64,000 nucleotides of DNA, from contig JAKLFC010000005.1 in the NCBI GenBank assembly GCA_022711405.1, positions 134,278-198,277 on the forward strand. The letters are read 5' to 3'. The notes below the pieces were generated by a model. It made no database searches and had not been told where the DNA came from. It saw only the letters and a list, made by a program, of their open reading frames with translations. This DNA is from Bacteroidota bacterium. Lineage in GTDB: Bacteria; Bacteroidota; Bacteroidia; Bacteroidales; JAGONC01. Shown here piece after piece: positions 34,957 to 44,886 of the stretch (position 1 is the first letter of the stretch; the number at the start of each line of letters is the position of its first letter). Both the position numbers and the translations under genes were made by a program.

Positions 34957-36789
34957 TTAATCAGGATATTTCTTTGGTGTCAGCCGCTGTTCTCTTGCGG
35001 CACGTATCCAGATGGGCAATGAATCCCACACGATCACCACCAGACAGCCCATAATGATGGTTGTGAGCAGCAGGTTGATCAGGCCCTGGACAAACTGGTC
35101 GGGCTGTGAGAGCATGGGTATATAGATTCCAGTCACGTTCTTGATCCCGGCCACACAGGTGGTGATTCCGACAAAAACCATGGGGATCAGGGTCACCCAT
35201 GCATAGCGTATCTTTCCCCGGTTGGCGATGTAGGTGGTGCCAACTGCCAGTGCGATGGTTGCCAGCAGCTGGTTGGCGCTGCCAAACATAGGCCAGATGG
35301 TGGCTACACTTCCGGTATAGATGAAATACCCCCAGCAAAAGACCACCGCGCCGCTGGCGATCAGGTTACCGGGCAGCCAGTCGGTGCGGCTGAAGGGTTT
35401 ATAGAACTTGCCAAGGGTTTCCTGAAGAATGAAGCGTGCGATACGGGTTCCTGCATCAATGGTCGTCAGGATGAATAGTGCCTCGAACATGATGGCAAAG
35501 TGATACCAGTACGACATGAGCCCCCGCAGCCCGGGGATGGAGGAGAATATCTGGGCCATGCCGACCGCCAGTGAGACCGCTCCACCGGTGCGGCCTGCCA
35601 CATTCTCGCCCACCTCAGCAGACAGCGTCGCCAGATCCGATTCAACAAATCCCATGGCCTGGAGTTGCGGCAGGATCTGCTGAAATTTTTCGGGAGTGAC
35701 ATTGATCTGGAAATAGTCGAGCGGATAAAGGCTCGCGGCAGCAATCAGCGCAAGGATACTGACCACCCCCTCCGAGAGCATGGCTCCCACAGCGATGGGC
35801 CGGATATGCGACTCCTTCATGATCATCTTGGGAGTGGTACCTGAACTGACCAGGGCATGAAAGCCTGAAATGGCACCGCAGGCAATGGTAATGAACAGAT
35901 ACGGGAACAGTGTTCCGGGGATGACGGGTCCGTTTCCTTTGATGAACTCCGTGAATGCAGGCATTTTCATGTCCGGCATCACTACAATGATACCGACGGC
36001 CAGCATGGCCACCACCCCCAGCTTCATGATCGAGCTCAGGTAATCCCTGGGTGACAGCAGGAGCCATACAGGAAGTACGGAGGCAATGAATCCGTATGCA
36101 GCAATGAGAATGGTCAGCGTTTTATGGTCGAAAGAGAACCAGTGGGCAATGGAAGACTCAGGGATATGTTTGCCGAAAATGACGGCCAGCGAAAGCAGGA
36201 TGACCCCGATCACCGTGGCTTCGACTGTTTTTCCTTTCCTGAACCGGAACATCCAGAGACCCATAAAAATGGCAATGGGGATGGTGGATGCGATCGTAAA
36301 GGTGCCCCAGGAACTTTCCGACAACGCATTGACCACGACCAGTCCCAGGCCGGCCAACGCAACAATGATGATCAGCAGGGTGGCGATCGAGGCCGTAATC
36401 CCGCTGGACGCTTTTTTGATCTCATCCCTGGCGATCTCAGCAAGTGAACGGCCGTCATGCCTGATGGAAGCTGTCAGGATCACGATATCATGGACAGAGC
36501 CTGCCATGACTGCCCCGATGAGCATCCATAAAAAGCCGGGGAAATAACCAAACTGGCAGGCCAGCACCGGCCCAACCAGGGGCCCTGCACCGGCAATGGC
36601 TGCAAAATGATGCCCGAATAGGATCCACTTGCTCATCGGGTAGTAGTTCTGCCCGTCATAGAGCCTTCCGGAAGGTGTGATCCGTTTGTCGTCAAGCGAC
36701 AGGACTTTTGCGGTGATGAACCCGAAGTAAAAGCGGTAGGCGAGTGCAAACAGGGCCAGCGCAGCAATTACCAACGGCATCGCATTCAT
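34957..36789 (-). CDS. cstA: Carbon starvation protein A (CstA peptide/pyruvate transporter family)
   Basis: 610 aa. The N-terminus [13 protein letters not shown]...[23 protein letters not shown] is diagnostic of CstA. Confidence 0.9.
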   Translation of the reverse strand: MNAMPLVIAALALFALAYRFYFGFITAKVLSLDDKRITPSGRLYDGQNYYPMSKWILFGHHFAAIAGAGPLVGPVLACQFGYFPGFLWMLIGAVMAGSVHDIVILTASIRHDGRSLAEIARDEIKKASSGITASIATLLIIIVALAGLGLVVVNALSESSWGTFTIASTIPIAIFMGLWMFRFRKGKTVEATVIGVILLSLAVIFGKHIPESSIAHWFSFDHKTLTILIAAYGFIASVLPVWLLLSPRDYLSSIMKLGVVAMLAVGIIVVMPDMKMPAFTEFIKGNGPVIPGTLFPYLFITIACGAISGFHALVSSGTTPKMIMKESHIRPIAVGAMLSEGVVSILALIAAASLYPLDYFQINVTPEKFQQILPQLQAMGFVESDLATLSAEVGENVAGRTGGAVSLAVGMAQIFSSIPGLRGLMSYWYHFAIMFEALFILTTIDAGTRIARFILQETLGKFYKPFSRTDWLPGNLIASGAVVFCWGYFIYTGSVATIWPMFGSANQLLATIALAVGTTYIANRGKIRYAWVTLIPMVFVGITTCVAGIKNVTGIYIPMLSQPDQFVQGLINLLLTTIIMGCLVVIVWDSLPIWIRAAREQRLTPKKYPD

Positions 36790-36866
36790 GGGCAGACATT
36801 TTAAGCCATCAAATGTATGGTTTTTTGGAAAAATTTCGATACTCCGACCAACTATCCGCCGAATAA

Positions 36867-36899
36867 TTTGAATATGACAGGTCGAGTTTCATACATTTG
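36867..36899 (+). promoter_or_regulatory. Promoter (-33 TTTG, -7 TACATTTG) for the acetyltransferase/rubrerythrin genes
   Basis: TTTG at 36867-36870 and TACATTTG at 36892-36899 are 21 nt apart. The ATG is at 36970. Confidence 0.45.
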
Positions 36900-36969
36900 T
36901 GCGGTATAAGGCACAATGCCGGAAGATAACACGATCCTGATCTTTCTTCATCCCTAACAAAATACCACC

Positions 36970-38106
36970 ATGAGCATTGAAATTCTGCCAGTCACTACCC
37001 GGAAGGAACTACGTACATTCATTCACCTGCCTTTTATACTTCATAAAAACGATCTTCTCTGGGTTCCGCCGCTTTTTACGGATGAGTGGCAGTTTTTCAG
37101 TGCCGGTAAGAATCCAGCATTTCAAAAGAACGATACGATCCTCCTGTTAGCCATAAAAGATAAAAAGGTCGCCGGAAGGATCATGGGGATTGTGAACAGG
37201 GAGCGGAACCGGATGTTTCATGAGCAGAATGCCCGGTTCGGTTTTCTGGAAAGCATCGAAGATGAAGAGGTGGTGAATGCCCTTCTCAGCGGAGTTGAGC
37301 AATGGGCGCGCGATCTTGGAATGGTCAAGCTGGTGGGACCCATGGGATTCAGTGACCAGGATCCGGAAGCTTTCCTGATCGAAGGATTTGAATATGAACC
37401 AACCCTTTCAACGATCTATAATTTTCCCTATATACCCCGGCTGGTGGAAGCATGCGGTTATTCAAAGGAGATTGATTATGTATGTTATGTAATGGATATC
37501 TCTCATCCCATCCCTGAATTCTATCAGAAGGTAATTGATAAAATTATTGCCAGGGGTGAGTTCACCTTTAAGAACATGAAGAAACGAAAGGAGCTGGAAC
37601 CTTACGTGAAACCGGTGCTGGAGCTGCTGAGCGAGACGTATATCGACCTGTATGGCTTTGTCCCTTTGACGAACGAAGAAATTGAGGCGCTGGGTAAGAA
37701 ATATGTCCCCATCCTGGATCCAAGGCTGGTCAAGATCGGTTTGAAGGGTGACCAGCTGATCGGCTTCCTGATCGGAATGCCTAACATGAACAGGGGATTC
37801 CGCAAGGCAAAAGGCAGGTTGTTTCCCTTTGGTATCTTCTATCTGCTGCGGGAATCGAAACGCTCCAAACAGCTGGATCTGTTGCTGGGAGGAATCAAGA
37901 AGGAATACAGGAACATCGGGCTGGATGCCCTGGGGATGAAATGGATGATCCAGACTGCCAGGGAGATGGGATTCACTACTATCGACAGCCACAATGAGCT
38001 GGAAAATAATCTGGCTGTCCGGTCGGAAATGGAGCGGCTGGGCGGAAAACTGTGCAAACGGCGGAGGATTTATCAGAAGGGGCTCCAGGAGAACTTTAAA
38101 CAATAG
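36970..38106 (+). CDS. GNAT-like N-acetyltransferase family protein (tentative)
   Basis: 378 aa. The N-terminus ELRTFIHLPFILHKNDLLWVPPL and the motif-A-like YRNIGLDALG resemble a widespread uncharacterised GNAT-fold family. Confidence 0.5.
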   Translation: MSIEILPVTTRKELRTFIHLPFILHKNDLLWVPPLFTDEWQFFSAGKNPAFQKNDTILLLAIKDKKVAGRIMGIVNRERNRMFHEQNARFGFLESIEDEEVVNALLSGVEQWARDLGMVKLVGPMGFSDQDPEAFLIEGFEYEPTLSTIYNFPYIPRLVEACGYSKEIDYVCYVMDISHPIPEFYQKVIDKIIARGEFTFKNMKKRKELEPYVKPVLELLSETYIDLYGFVPLTNEEIEALGKKYVPILDPRLVKIGLKGDQLIGFLIGMPNMNRGFRKAKGRLFPFGIFYLLRESKRSKQLDLLLGGIKKEYRNIGLDALGMKWMIQTAREMGFTTIDSHNELENNLAVRSEMERLGGKLCKRRRIYQKGLQENFKQ

Positions 38107-38135
38107 AACAATAGAACAGTAGAACAATTGAATAC
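38101..38135. repeat. Simple-sequence spacer (AATAGAAC/AACAATT words)
   Basis: The sequence caatagaacaatagaacagtagaacaattgaatac overlaps the acetyltransferase stop and precedes rbr. Confidence 0.6.
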
Positions 38136-38161
38136 CAACGGTTAACCAAGAATATCGAATT

Positions 38162-38740
38162 ATGGAGAAAAGCATCAAAGGGACCCGGACTGAACAAAAC
38201 CTGCTGAAAGCATTTGCAGGCGAATCCCAGGCACGCAACCGGTATGAATTCTTTGCCAAAGTGGCCATTGAAGAGGGCTATCAACAGATCAGCGCCATTT
38301 TCCTGCTGACTGCCTCTCAGGAAAAAGCCCATGCCAAGCGGTTTTTCAGATTCCTCGAAGGAGGGGAGGTTGAGATCACGGCCATGTACCCGGCCGGCAG
38401 GATCGGGACAACTTCGGAGAACCTCAGGGCATCCGCCATGGGTGAGCATGAGGAATGGACCACACTGTACCCTGAATTTGCTGAAGTGGCTAAACAGGAG
38501 GGATTTGTTCAGGTTGCTTCTGCATTCAAGGTGATCGCCAGAGCAGAAGCCGAACATGAAAAACGGTACCTTCAGTTACTGAAGAACATTGAGGAAGGCA
38601 CCGTCTTCGAAAAGAAGGAGAAGGTCCGCTGGGTGTGCCGTCACTGCGGGTATGTCCATGAGGGTCAGAAACCACCCGAAAACTGCCCGGCATGCCTGCA
38701 CCCAAAGGCGTACTTTGAAGTCTTTGACGAAAACTATTGA
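38162..38740 (+). CDS. rbr: Rubrerythrin
   Basis: The N-terminal ferritin-like domain reads GTRTEQNLLKAFAGESQARNRY...EKAHA. The C-terminal rubredoxin-like motif is CRHCG...CPAC. Confidence 0.9.
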   Translation: MEKSIKGTRTEQNLLKAFAGESQARNRYEFFAKVAIEEGYQQISAIFLLTASQEKAHAKRFFRFLEGGEVEITAMYPAGRIGTTSENLRASAMGEHEEWTTLYPEFAEVAKQEGFVQVASAFKVIARAEAEHEKRYLQLLKNIEEGTVFEKKEKVRWVCRHCGYVHEGQKPPENCPACLHPKAYFEVFDENY

Positions 38741-38756
38741 GCTTCAATGCTTTAAT

Positions 38757-38847
38757 GTACCCCACCCCTGCACCCCTCCCCTGCTAGCAGGGGAGGGGAC
38801 GGGGGAGGGGTAAAAGGGTAAATTTTCCGGTACTTGCACCGGAATTT
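38757..38847. repeat. GC-rich compound palindrome, copy 3, with downstream hairpin module
   Basis: The sequence reads gtaccccacccc-tgca-cccctcccc-tgctagca-ggggagggg-acg-ggggaggggta, then aaagggtaaattttccggtacttgcaccggaattt. It starts 17 nt after the rbr stop. Confidence 0.75.
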
Positions 38848-39113
38848 GGGTCCAGTCCCGATAGCCATCCTGATACCACGAAACTCGTACCGGTATTTTT
38901 TTGCTGATTATGCAAACGGAGGAATATATGATTGCATTTTTTGCAGGAAATATGTACTTGCCGTGGCTGGTTTGTCAAATAATTCACAAAAAAGTCCTGA
39001 TGATTCACATTATTTCGCATCTATTCCTTTAACCGTAATCACCCATTCGCTTTTCCGTTTTTTAGCTGGATCGCCCCTGCTTACTTTTAACCGGGAAATC
39101 AAAAAGCAGGAAA

Positions 39114-40538
39114 ATGCGAATCCTATTGATCTATCCTCCGAATAATCCGCACGTTCTGGCTCCTTCCAATTTTGAACCGCTTGCCCTGGAGATCCTGGCA
39201 GCACTTGTTCCGGATCACGATGTCCTGATCCTCGACATGCGCTATGAATCCTATCCTTCGCTGAAACATACGCTGGACCATTTCCGGCCTGATATAACTG
39301 GACTGAGTTGCAACAATACCGTACAGGTCTCCAGGTCGGTCGAGGTCATGAACTTTATCCGTTCCCATGATCAGGCCTGCGTCAACATCGTAGGGGGGCA
39401 CCATGTCACGCTGATCCCCCGGGATTTTTACCTGCCCTCGGTCGATTTTATTTTTACCGGCTGGGCTGAACGTTCATTCCCTGAATTCATTGACGCGGTG
39501 GTCAGGGGAGATTCTACTGACACGATCCAGGGGATCATCACCCTGCAGAATGGTCGGCCTGTCAGGGAAATGGAAAACCTTTTTGATCTTCAGGCTGGTG
39601 AAATTCCTTTTCCTGACAGGAATGTCACCCAAAAGTACTGGAACCAGTACCGGAATGAGATCAGGTATCCTACGGCACTGGTCAACACTTCCCGCGGATG
39701 CCCGTTTCGCTGTACCTTCTGCTCCAACTGGAAAGCCACCCATGGCCATTACCTCACCAGGCCTGCTGAAGATGTTTTTTACGAAATATGCGGACTGCCT
39801 CGCAAGGTCAGCCGTATCTTTTTTGCAGACGACAATTCTTTTATGGATACAGTCAATGCGGAGAAGTTATGTGACTTGATCCGGATGAGTGGTATAAGAT
39901 ACAAATATTCAGGTTATTGCAGGTCAGATACCATTGTAAGACATCCGGCGCTTCTAAAAAAATGGAAAGAGATCGGACTTGAAAATCTATGTGTGGGTTT
40001 TGAAGGGATTGATGAAGAAGGGCTGAAGAAGGTGAACAAGGCTACCAGGGAATCGACCAATGCCGGTGCAATAAAGGTACTTCACGAGGTGGGCGTCCCT
40101 TTCAGGTCATATTTTCTGATCGATCCTGATTTTGAACCTCAGCAATTCAACCGGATCCTTGCCTATGTGAAAAAACACCACCTGGTCAACCCGATGTTCA
40201 CCATCATGACTCCCCTTCCGGGTACCGATTATTACAATCAGGTCAGTGACAGGATCCATAGGAGCTTTGATTATTTCGACAACATGCATGCAGTCGTACC
40301 CACCCGCATGAATCCAAGGGAGTTTTACCTGAGTACGGTAAAATTGTTTCTGACATCCTATTCTTTCCCGAGACATCTCAGCATGAGGCTGTTAAAATTA
40401 ATGAACTGGATTACCGGGCAGAAGGAGAAGAACCGTTACCTGCAGCTGATGCCTCTGATGCGTCTGGTGTTGCTCAGACTCTATGCCATCTTTCTCATTC
40501 GCAGGCTGCGGAGTTTCGCCCGTAAAAATGAGGATTAA
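39114..40538 (+). CDS. Class B (B12-binding domain) radical SAM enzyme, substrate unknown
   Basis: The N-terminal Rossmann-like B12-binding region is MRILLIYPP...GLSC. The radical SAM cluster motif is CPFRCTFC. The C-terminal tail LMPLMRLVLLRLYAIFLIRRL is hydrophobic/amphipathic. Confidence 0.75.
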   Translation: MRILLIYPPNNPHVLAPSNFEPLALEILAALVPDHDVLILDMRYESYPSLKHTLDHFRPDITGLSCNNTVQVSRSVEVMNFIRSHDQACVNIVGGHHVTLIPRDFYLPSVDFIFTGWAERSFPEFIDAVVRGDSTDTIQGIITLQNGRPVREMENLFDLQAGEIPFPDRNVTQKYWNQYRNEIRYPTALVNTSRGCPFRCTFCSNWKATHGHYLTRPAEDVFYEICGLPRKVSRIFFADDNSFMDTVNAEKLCDLIRMSGIRYKYSGYCRSDTIVRHPALLKKWKEIGLENLCVGFEGIDEEGLKKVNKATRESTNAGAIKVLHEVGVPFRSYFLIDPDFEPQQFNRILAYVKKHHLVNPMFTIMTPLPGTDYYNQVSDRIHRSFDYFDNMHAVVPTRMNPREFYLSTVKLFLTSYSFPRHLSMRLLKLMNWITGQKEKNRYLQLMPLMRLVLLRLYAIFLIRRLRSFARKNED

Positions 40539-40621
40539 AAATTCTGAATGATCGAAGCATCTATATATAAAAACTTATCCTTATTTTCGCCGTGTTGTTC
40601 CATCCATAAATAATTATTCCA

Positions 40622-41971
40622 TTGCCAAAAATTACCGATGTTTCCGAATTCCGCAAGGGCGACAAAAAAGTGATCAGGGGCTGGGTGATGTACGACTGGG
40701 CCAATTCCGTGTACCAGCTGACCATCTCTTCCGCCATTTTTCCGATCTATTATAATACCGTTACCCGGTCGGGGAATGATTTTACGGTTTCCTTTTTTGG
40801 AGCCAGGGTCATCAACACCGTACTTTTCTCGTGGGCCATTGCCGCTGCATATCTCCTTGTCGCCGTCTTCTCCCCGCTTTTTTCCTCCATAGCGGATTAT
40901 ACGGGCCGCAGGAAGGCTTTCATGCAGGTGTTTACATGGATCGGCGCCCTTTCCTGCGGGACGCTGTTCTTCTTTAACTCATCCAATGTGGAGCTGGGGA
41001 TCATTGCCTTTGCGCTGGGAACCCTTGGCTATGGCGGCAGCATTGTCTTTTACAACTCTTTTCTGCCTGTCATTGCCGAGCCAAAGGACCAGGACCGCAT
41101 CAGTGCCAGGGGCTATTCGTTCGGATACCTGGGAGGAGTGGTGCTTCTGCTCTTTAACCTTCTGATGATCATGAAGCCTGGCCTGTTTGGCATTGAGGGC
41201 GATTCCAGCCTCCCGGCCCGGATATCCTTTGTGACAGTCTTTTTATGGTGGATCGGTTTTTCAATGATCACTTTCTACCATTTACCCAAATATACATACC
41301 GGAAACGGACGGGGCAGGCCAATGTGTGGACCAACGGCTACAAAGAACTGCGCGCGGTGTTTCATTATGTCAGGAAATCCTACAAGCTGAGCATGTACCT
41401 CATCGGCTTCTTTTTTATGATGATGGGACTGCTGACGGTCATGTTCATGGCAGCCACCTATGGTGAAAAGGAATTGGGACTCAAGGAGGATGTCCTGATA
41501 CCCACTATTTTACTGATCCAGCTGGTCGGAATGTTCGGCGCCTGGCTGTTTGCACGGCTGTCGGGCAGGTTTGGGAACCTGAATGCCCTGATCCTGTCTG
41601 TGGGTTCATGGATCATCATCTGTATTGGCGCTTATTTCATTACTGATTCGATCGGATTTATGATGGTGGCCTTCTTTATTGGTATTGTGATGGGCGGTTC
41701 ACAGGCGCTGGCCAGATCCACCTATTCAAAGATGCTTCCTGAAACAACAGACCACACTTCCTTTTTCAGTTTTTATGATGTGATGGAGAAACTGGCTACC
41801 GTGCTGGGTACCTTCAGCTTCGGGGTCATTGAGGCACTGACGGGCTCAATGCGGAATTCGGTGATGGCCATCACGATCTTTTTTATCATCGGCATGATCT
41901 TCATGTCGCTTCTTCTGATCCGGACCTACCGGGAAAAGAGATCAATGATGTCTCCGCTTTTGCGGGGATGA
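40622..41971 (+). CDS. MFS transporter, UMF1/Atg22-like family
   Basis: GWVMYDWANSVYQLTISSAIFPIYY is typical of UMF1. 12 TM segments. The apparent start is TTG. Confidence 0.7.
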   Translation: MPKITDVSEFRKGDKKVIRGWVMYDWANSVYQLTISSAIFPIYYNTVTRSGNDFTVSFFGARVINTVLFSWAIAAAYLLVAVFSPLFSSIADYTGRRKAFMQVFTWIGALSCGTLFFFNSSNVELGIIAFALGTLGYGGSIVFYNSFLPVIAEPKDQDRISARGYSFGYLGGVVLLLFNLLMIMKPGLFGIEGDSSLPARISFVTVFLWWIGFSMITFYHLPKYTYRKRTGQANVWTNGYKELRAVFHYVRKSYKLSMYLIGFFFMMMGLLTVMFMAATYGEKELGLKEDVLIPTILLIQLVGMFGAWLFARLSGRFGNLNALILSVGSWIIICIGAYFITDSIGFMMVAFFIGIVMGGSQALARSTYSKMLPETTDHTSFFSFYDVMEKLATVLGTFSFGVIEALTGSMRNSVMAITIFFIIGMIFMSLLLIRTYREKRSMMSPLLRG

Positions 41972-42102
41972 CGATGACAATTTATTCCTCTCCCGGCTAA
42001 GCGTTATTCCTGAGCATTTATTGTCAATTAGCGTAATTCCGGAAAAATTGTTTTTTTAAATCATCATAATTTTATAATATTGCAGGTTGAAATCTACAAT
42101 AT

Positions 42103-43293
42103 ATGGAAAAATTGCAGGTTAAATCAACAAGAATAATTCAATCCGTCAGCCAGTATTTCTACCGTTATCTTTTTAATGAAATTGATTGGAACAGCCGGTT
42201 AATACTTATTAAAGGAGCCAGAGGAGTCGGCAAAACGACCCTGTTACTTCAATACATCCGGAAGAAACTTAAAATATCCCCTGAAACGCTTTATATTTCT
42301 CTTGATGATCTTTATTTTTCGCAAATTACTTTATCCGACCTAGCTGAGCTTTTTGTGATCAGAGGTGGGAAGCATCTTTTTATCGATGAAGTTCATAAAT
42401 ATCCGGGCTGGTCACGGGAGTTGAAGAATATATATGATTTCTACCCTGAATTACAAATGGTGGTGACCGGTTCTTCAATGCTGGAAATTTTCAAGGGGGA
42501 AGCAGATCTTAGCCGGAGAGCATCTGTCTATATAATGAATGAACTCTCATTCCGTGAATACCTTCATTTGATGCATAAAATCAAAGTGCCGGTTGTAGCA
42601 TTGAAGGATATTCTTCAGAATCATATCCATTATGAGATAGAGATCAATCAGAAGATCAAACCGTTGAAGTATTTTGGAGAATACCTTAAGCAGGGGGTAT
42701 ATCCGTTTATTGTTACCGATAAGGCGTTGTTTTATGAAAAACTTGAGAATATTATCCATTTGATTGTGGAAAATGATCTGCCTGCTTCGACGAGCATATC
42801 CTATGAAACCGTGACCAAGATTAAAAAGCTGCTTTATCTGATCTCCACATCCGTACCTTTCAAGCCCAATATTACGGAGTTGAGCAGAAAATTGCAGACG
42901 AGCAGGGATCAATTATTGAAGTATCTATTTCTTCTCGAAAATGCTGGTTTGATCCATGCCCTTCATCGCCCTGGCATTGCAACTTCCATGTTAACCAAAC
43001 CTGATAAAATTTATCTTAACAACACAGCGTTAATGTATGCACTGGATGAAAGAGTTAATCCTGGTACGCTCAGAGAAACTTTTTTTTTGAACCAGGTATC
43101 AGCTAAGCATAACGTCGCTTATTCTGTCCAAGGTGATTTTTTGGTTGATAATATCCACACCATTGAAGTCGGAGGGCAAAACAAAACATTCCGTCAGATA
43201 GCAGGTATGAAGGATTCTTATATTGCAGCCGATGATATGGAGTACGGGTATCAGAATAAGATACCTCTATGGCTTTTTGGATGTACGTATTAA
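42103..43293 (+). CDS. AAA-family ATPase with DUF4143-type C-terminal domain
   Basis: Walker A GARGVGKTT and Walker B LFIDEVHKY are present. The ~390 aa length is typical of the AAA_14/DUF4143 family. The gene and its flanks look visibly AT-richer than their neighbours. Confidence 0.7.
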   Translation: MEKLQVKSTRIIQSVSQYFYRYLFNEIDWNSRLILIKGARGVGKTTLLLQYIRKKLKISPETLYISLDDLYFSQITLSDLAELFVIRGGKHLFIDEVHKYPGWSRELKNIYDFYPELQMVVTGSSMLEIFKGEADLSRRASVYIMNELSFREYLHLMHKIKVPVVALKDILQNHIHYEIEINQKIKPLKYFGEYLKQGVYPFIVTDKALFYEKLENIIHLIVENDLPASTSISYETVTKIKKLLYLISTSVPFKPNITELSRKLQTSRDQLLKYLFLLENAGLIHALHRPGIATSMLTKPDKIYLNNTALMYALDERVNPGTLRETFFLNQVSAKHNVAYSVQGDFLVDNIHTIEVGGQNKTFRQIAGMKDSYIAADDMEYGYQNKIPLWLFGCTY

Positions 43294-43381
43294 GATTGCG
43301 CGATTGCCGGTAGCATGAATTTCGACGTTGGATATCGGATATAGACATTTGTTCAACCGACAATCGTTTAATCTTAATTTG

Positions 43382-43389
43382 TAGGTTTG
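43382..43389 (+). promoter_or_regulatory. -7 box (TAGGTTTG) upstream of the GH53 gene
   Basis: TAnnTTTG, 24 nt upstream of the ATG at 43413. Confidence 0.35.
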
Positions 43390-43412
43390 TAAAAAGAATA
43401 GAATGATTTTAC

Positions 43413-44852
43413 ATGCTTAACAATATCATAAAACGTTACGCTCAATATGTATTGCTTCTGACTATCTTGAGCTTCAGCAACAGGGTCCAGTCCCAGCAGT
43501 TCTACTTCGGCGCCGATCTGTCTTATGTGAATGAAATGGAAGACTGCGGGGTGGTGTACACCGAAAATTCATCCGCCAAGGATCCATTCCGGCTCTTTGC
43601 CGATCATAACTGCAACCTCGTACGGCTGAGACTATGGCACACGCCTTCTTGGTATGACGGTCTGAATGCGGGCATGCGCTATTCTGACCTGCAGGATGTG
43701 AAGAAGGGCATACAGCGGGCCAGGGAGAAGAATATGAAGGTGCTGCTGGATTATCACCTTTCAGATGACTGGGCGGATGCCAGCCATCAGCTTGTCCCTG
43801 ATGCATGGCTCAGCGTTGTGGATAATCTGCCGCTCCTGAAGGATTCCCTTTACAACTATATTTTCGGTACACTTCTGCAACTCGATGAGGAAGGACTTCT
43901 CCCTGAAATGGTCCAGATCGGCAACGAGACCAACAAAGGCATCCTGCTTTCGCCGCAGGATGACCAGTCGGGCTGGGTACTGGACTGGAACCGCAACAGC
44001 CAGCTGTTCAACACGGCCATACAGGCAGTCAGGGATGTGGAGTCGCAGACAGGAAAACAGGTCCTGGTTGCCGTGCATTTTGCGGATCCTGCCGATGTGG
44101 CCTGGTACGTTTCACAGTTCGTCGCCAACGGCGTGACCGGTTTTGATGTCATTGGCATTTCCTACTACTGGCAGTATCACCAGCCTTATACCATTGACCT
44201 CACAGGCAATGTCATCGCAGCGCTGATCTCGGCCTACCCGCCCTACAAGGTGATGATCTTCGAAACCGGAGCCATCTGGACCACTCAGAGCCACGATAAT
44301 GCGAACAATGTCCTGAACACGGTTGATCCTTCCTATTCACCGGCCAGTACCGAAAACCAGCAGAAGTGGATGATAGATCTCACGCAGAAGGTAATCAATA
44401 GTGGCGGCAGCGGGGTGATCTACTGGGAACCGGCATGGATGTCGTCCGACTGTTATACACAGTGGGGGAAGGGATCGCATTACGAGAATGCCACTTTTTT
44501 TGATTTTGACAACAACCTGATCACTGCCGGCGGCATTGGTTTCATGCAGCATGATTACGAGAATCTTTCCGCGGAAACTGTGGCCATTCCGGATTACGGC
44601 ATACGGGTCATCCCCGACAGCAGCCGGCGGAGAATTATTTTGCAGTTTGGCGACGGCGCCCCGCAGGGAATCTACGGGCTGATGCTCGTGGATCAGGGTG
44701 GGAGAGAGGTGTTTTCCGGCGAAATTAAAAAGCAGGACGTGGCATCCTTACAAAGTTCCATTGACATGCCTCTGCTGCCGGCCGGGATATATGTGTTGGC
44801 GGTGTGGCATGGGAATACCGTTATTGCGAGAGAAAAGATCTTCCTTCATTAG
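43413..44852 (+). CDS. GH53 arabinogalactan endo-beta-1,4-galactanase with a probable T9SS-type C-terminal domain
   Basis: GADLSYVNEME, VRLRLW, QIGNETN (acid/base Glu) and MIFETG (nucleophile Glu) are present. The C-terminal ~80 aa beta-sandwich-like tail reads GIYVLAVWHG...KIFLH. Confidence 0.8.
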   Translation: MLNNIIKRYAQYVLLLTILSFSNRVQSQQFYFGADLSYVNEMEDCGVVYTENSSAKDPFRLFADHNCNLVRLRLWHTPSWYDGLNAGMRYSDLQDVKKGIQRAREKNMKVLLDYHLSDDWADASHQLVPDAWLSVVDNLPLLKDSLYNYIFGTLLQLDEEGLLPEMVQIGNETNKGILLSPQDDQSGWVLDWNRNSQLFNTAIQAVRDVESQTGKQVLVAVHFADPADVAWYVSQFVANGVTGFDVIGISYYWQYHQPYTIDLTGNVIAALISAYPPYKVMIFETGAIWTTQSHDNANNVLNTVDPSYSPASTENQQKWMIDLTQKVINSGGSGVIYWEPAWMSSDCYTQWGKGSHYENATFFDFDNNLITAGGIGFMQHDYENLSAETVAIPDYGIRVIPDSSRRRIILQFGDGAPQGIYGLMLVDQGGREVFSGEIKKQDVASLQSSIDMPLLPAGIYVLAVWHGNTVIAREKIFLH

Positions 44853-44886
44853 AATCCTTTCTTATTCCCTGATGACCCAACCGGCA

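Noticed and set aside
37462-38268. 268-aa minus-strand ORF spanning the acetyltransferase 3' half and the rbr 5' end
   Set aside because: It crosses an intergenic simple repeat and two well-supported plus-strand genes. Its sequence is low-complexity and Gln/Leu/Pro-rich.
38900-39113. Possible cobalamin riboswitch upstream of the B12-binding radical SAM gene
   Set aside because: I could not find the conserved B12-box core (G-C-C-A-C-U-G-like, (A/G)AGYCMGG-type sequence) or the expected paired elements. The region is AT-rich and unstructured by eye. A covariance-model scan would be needed to be certain.
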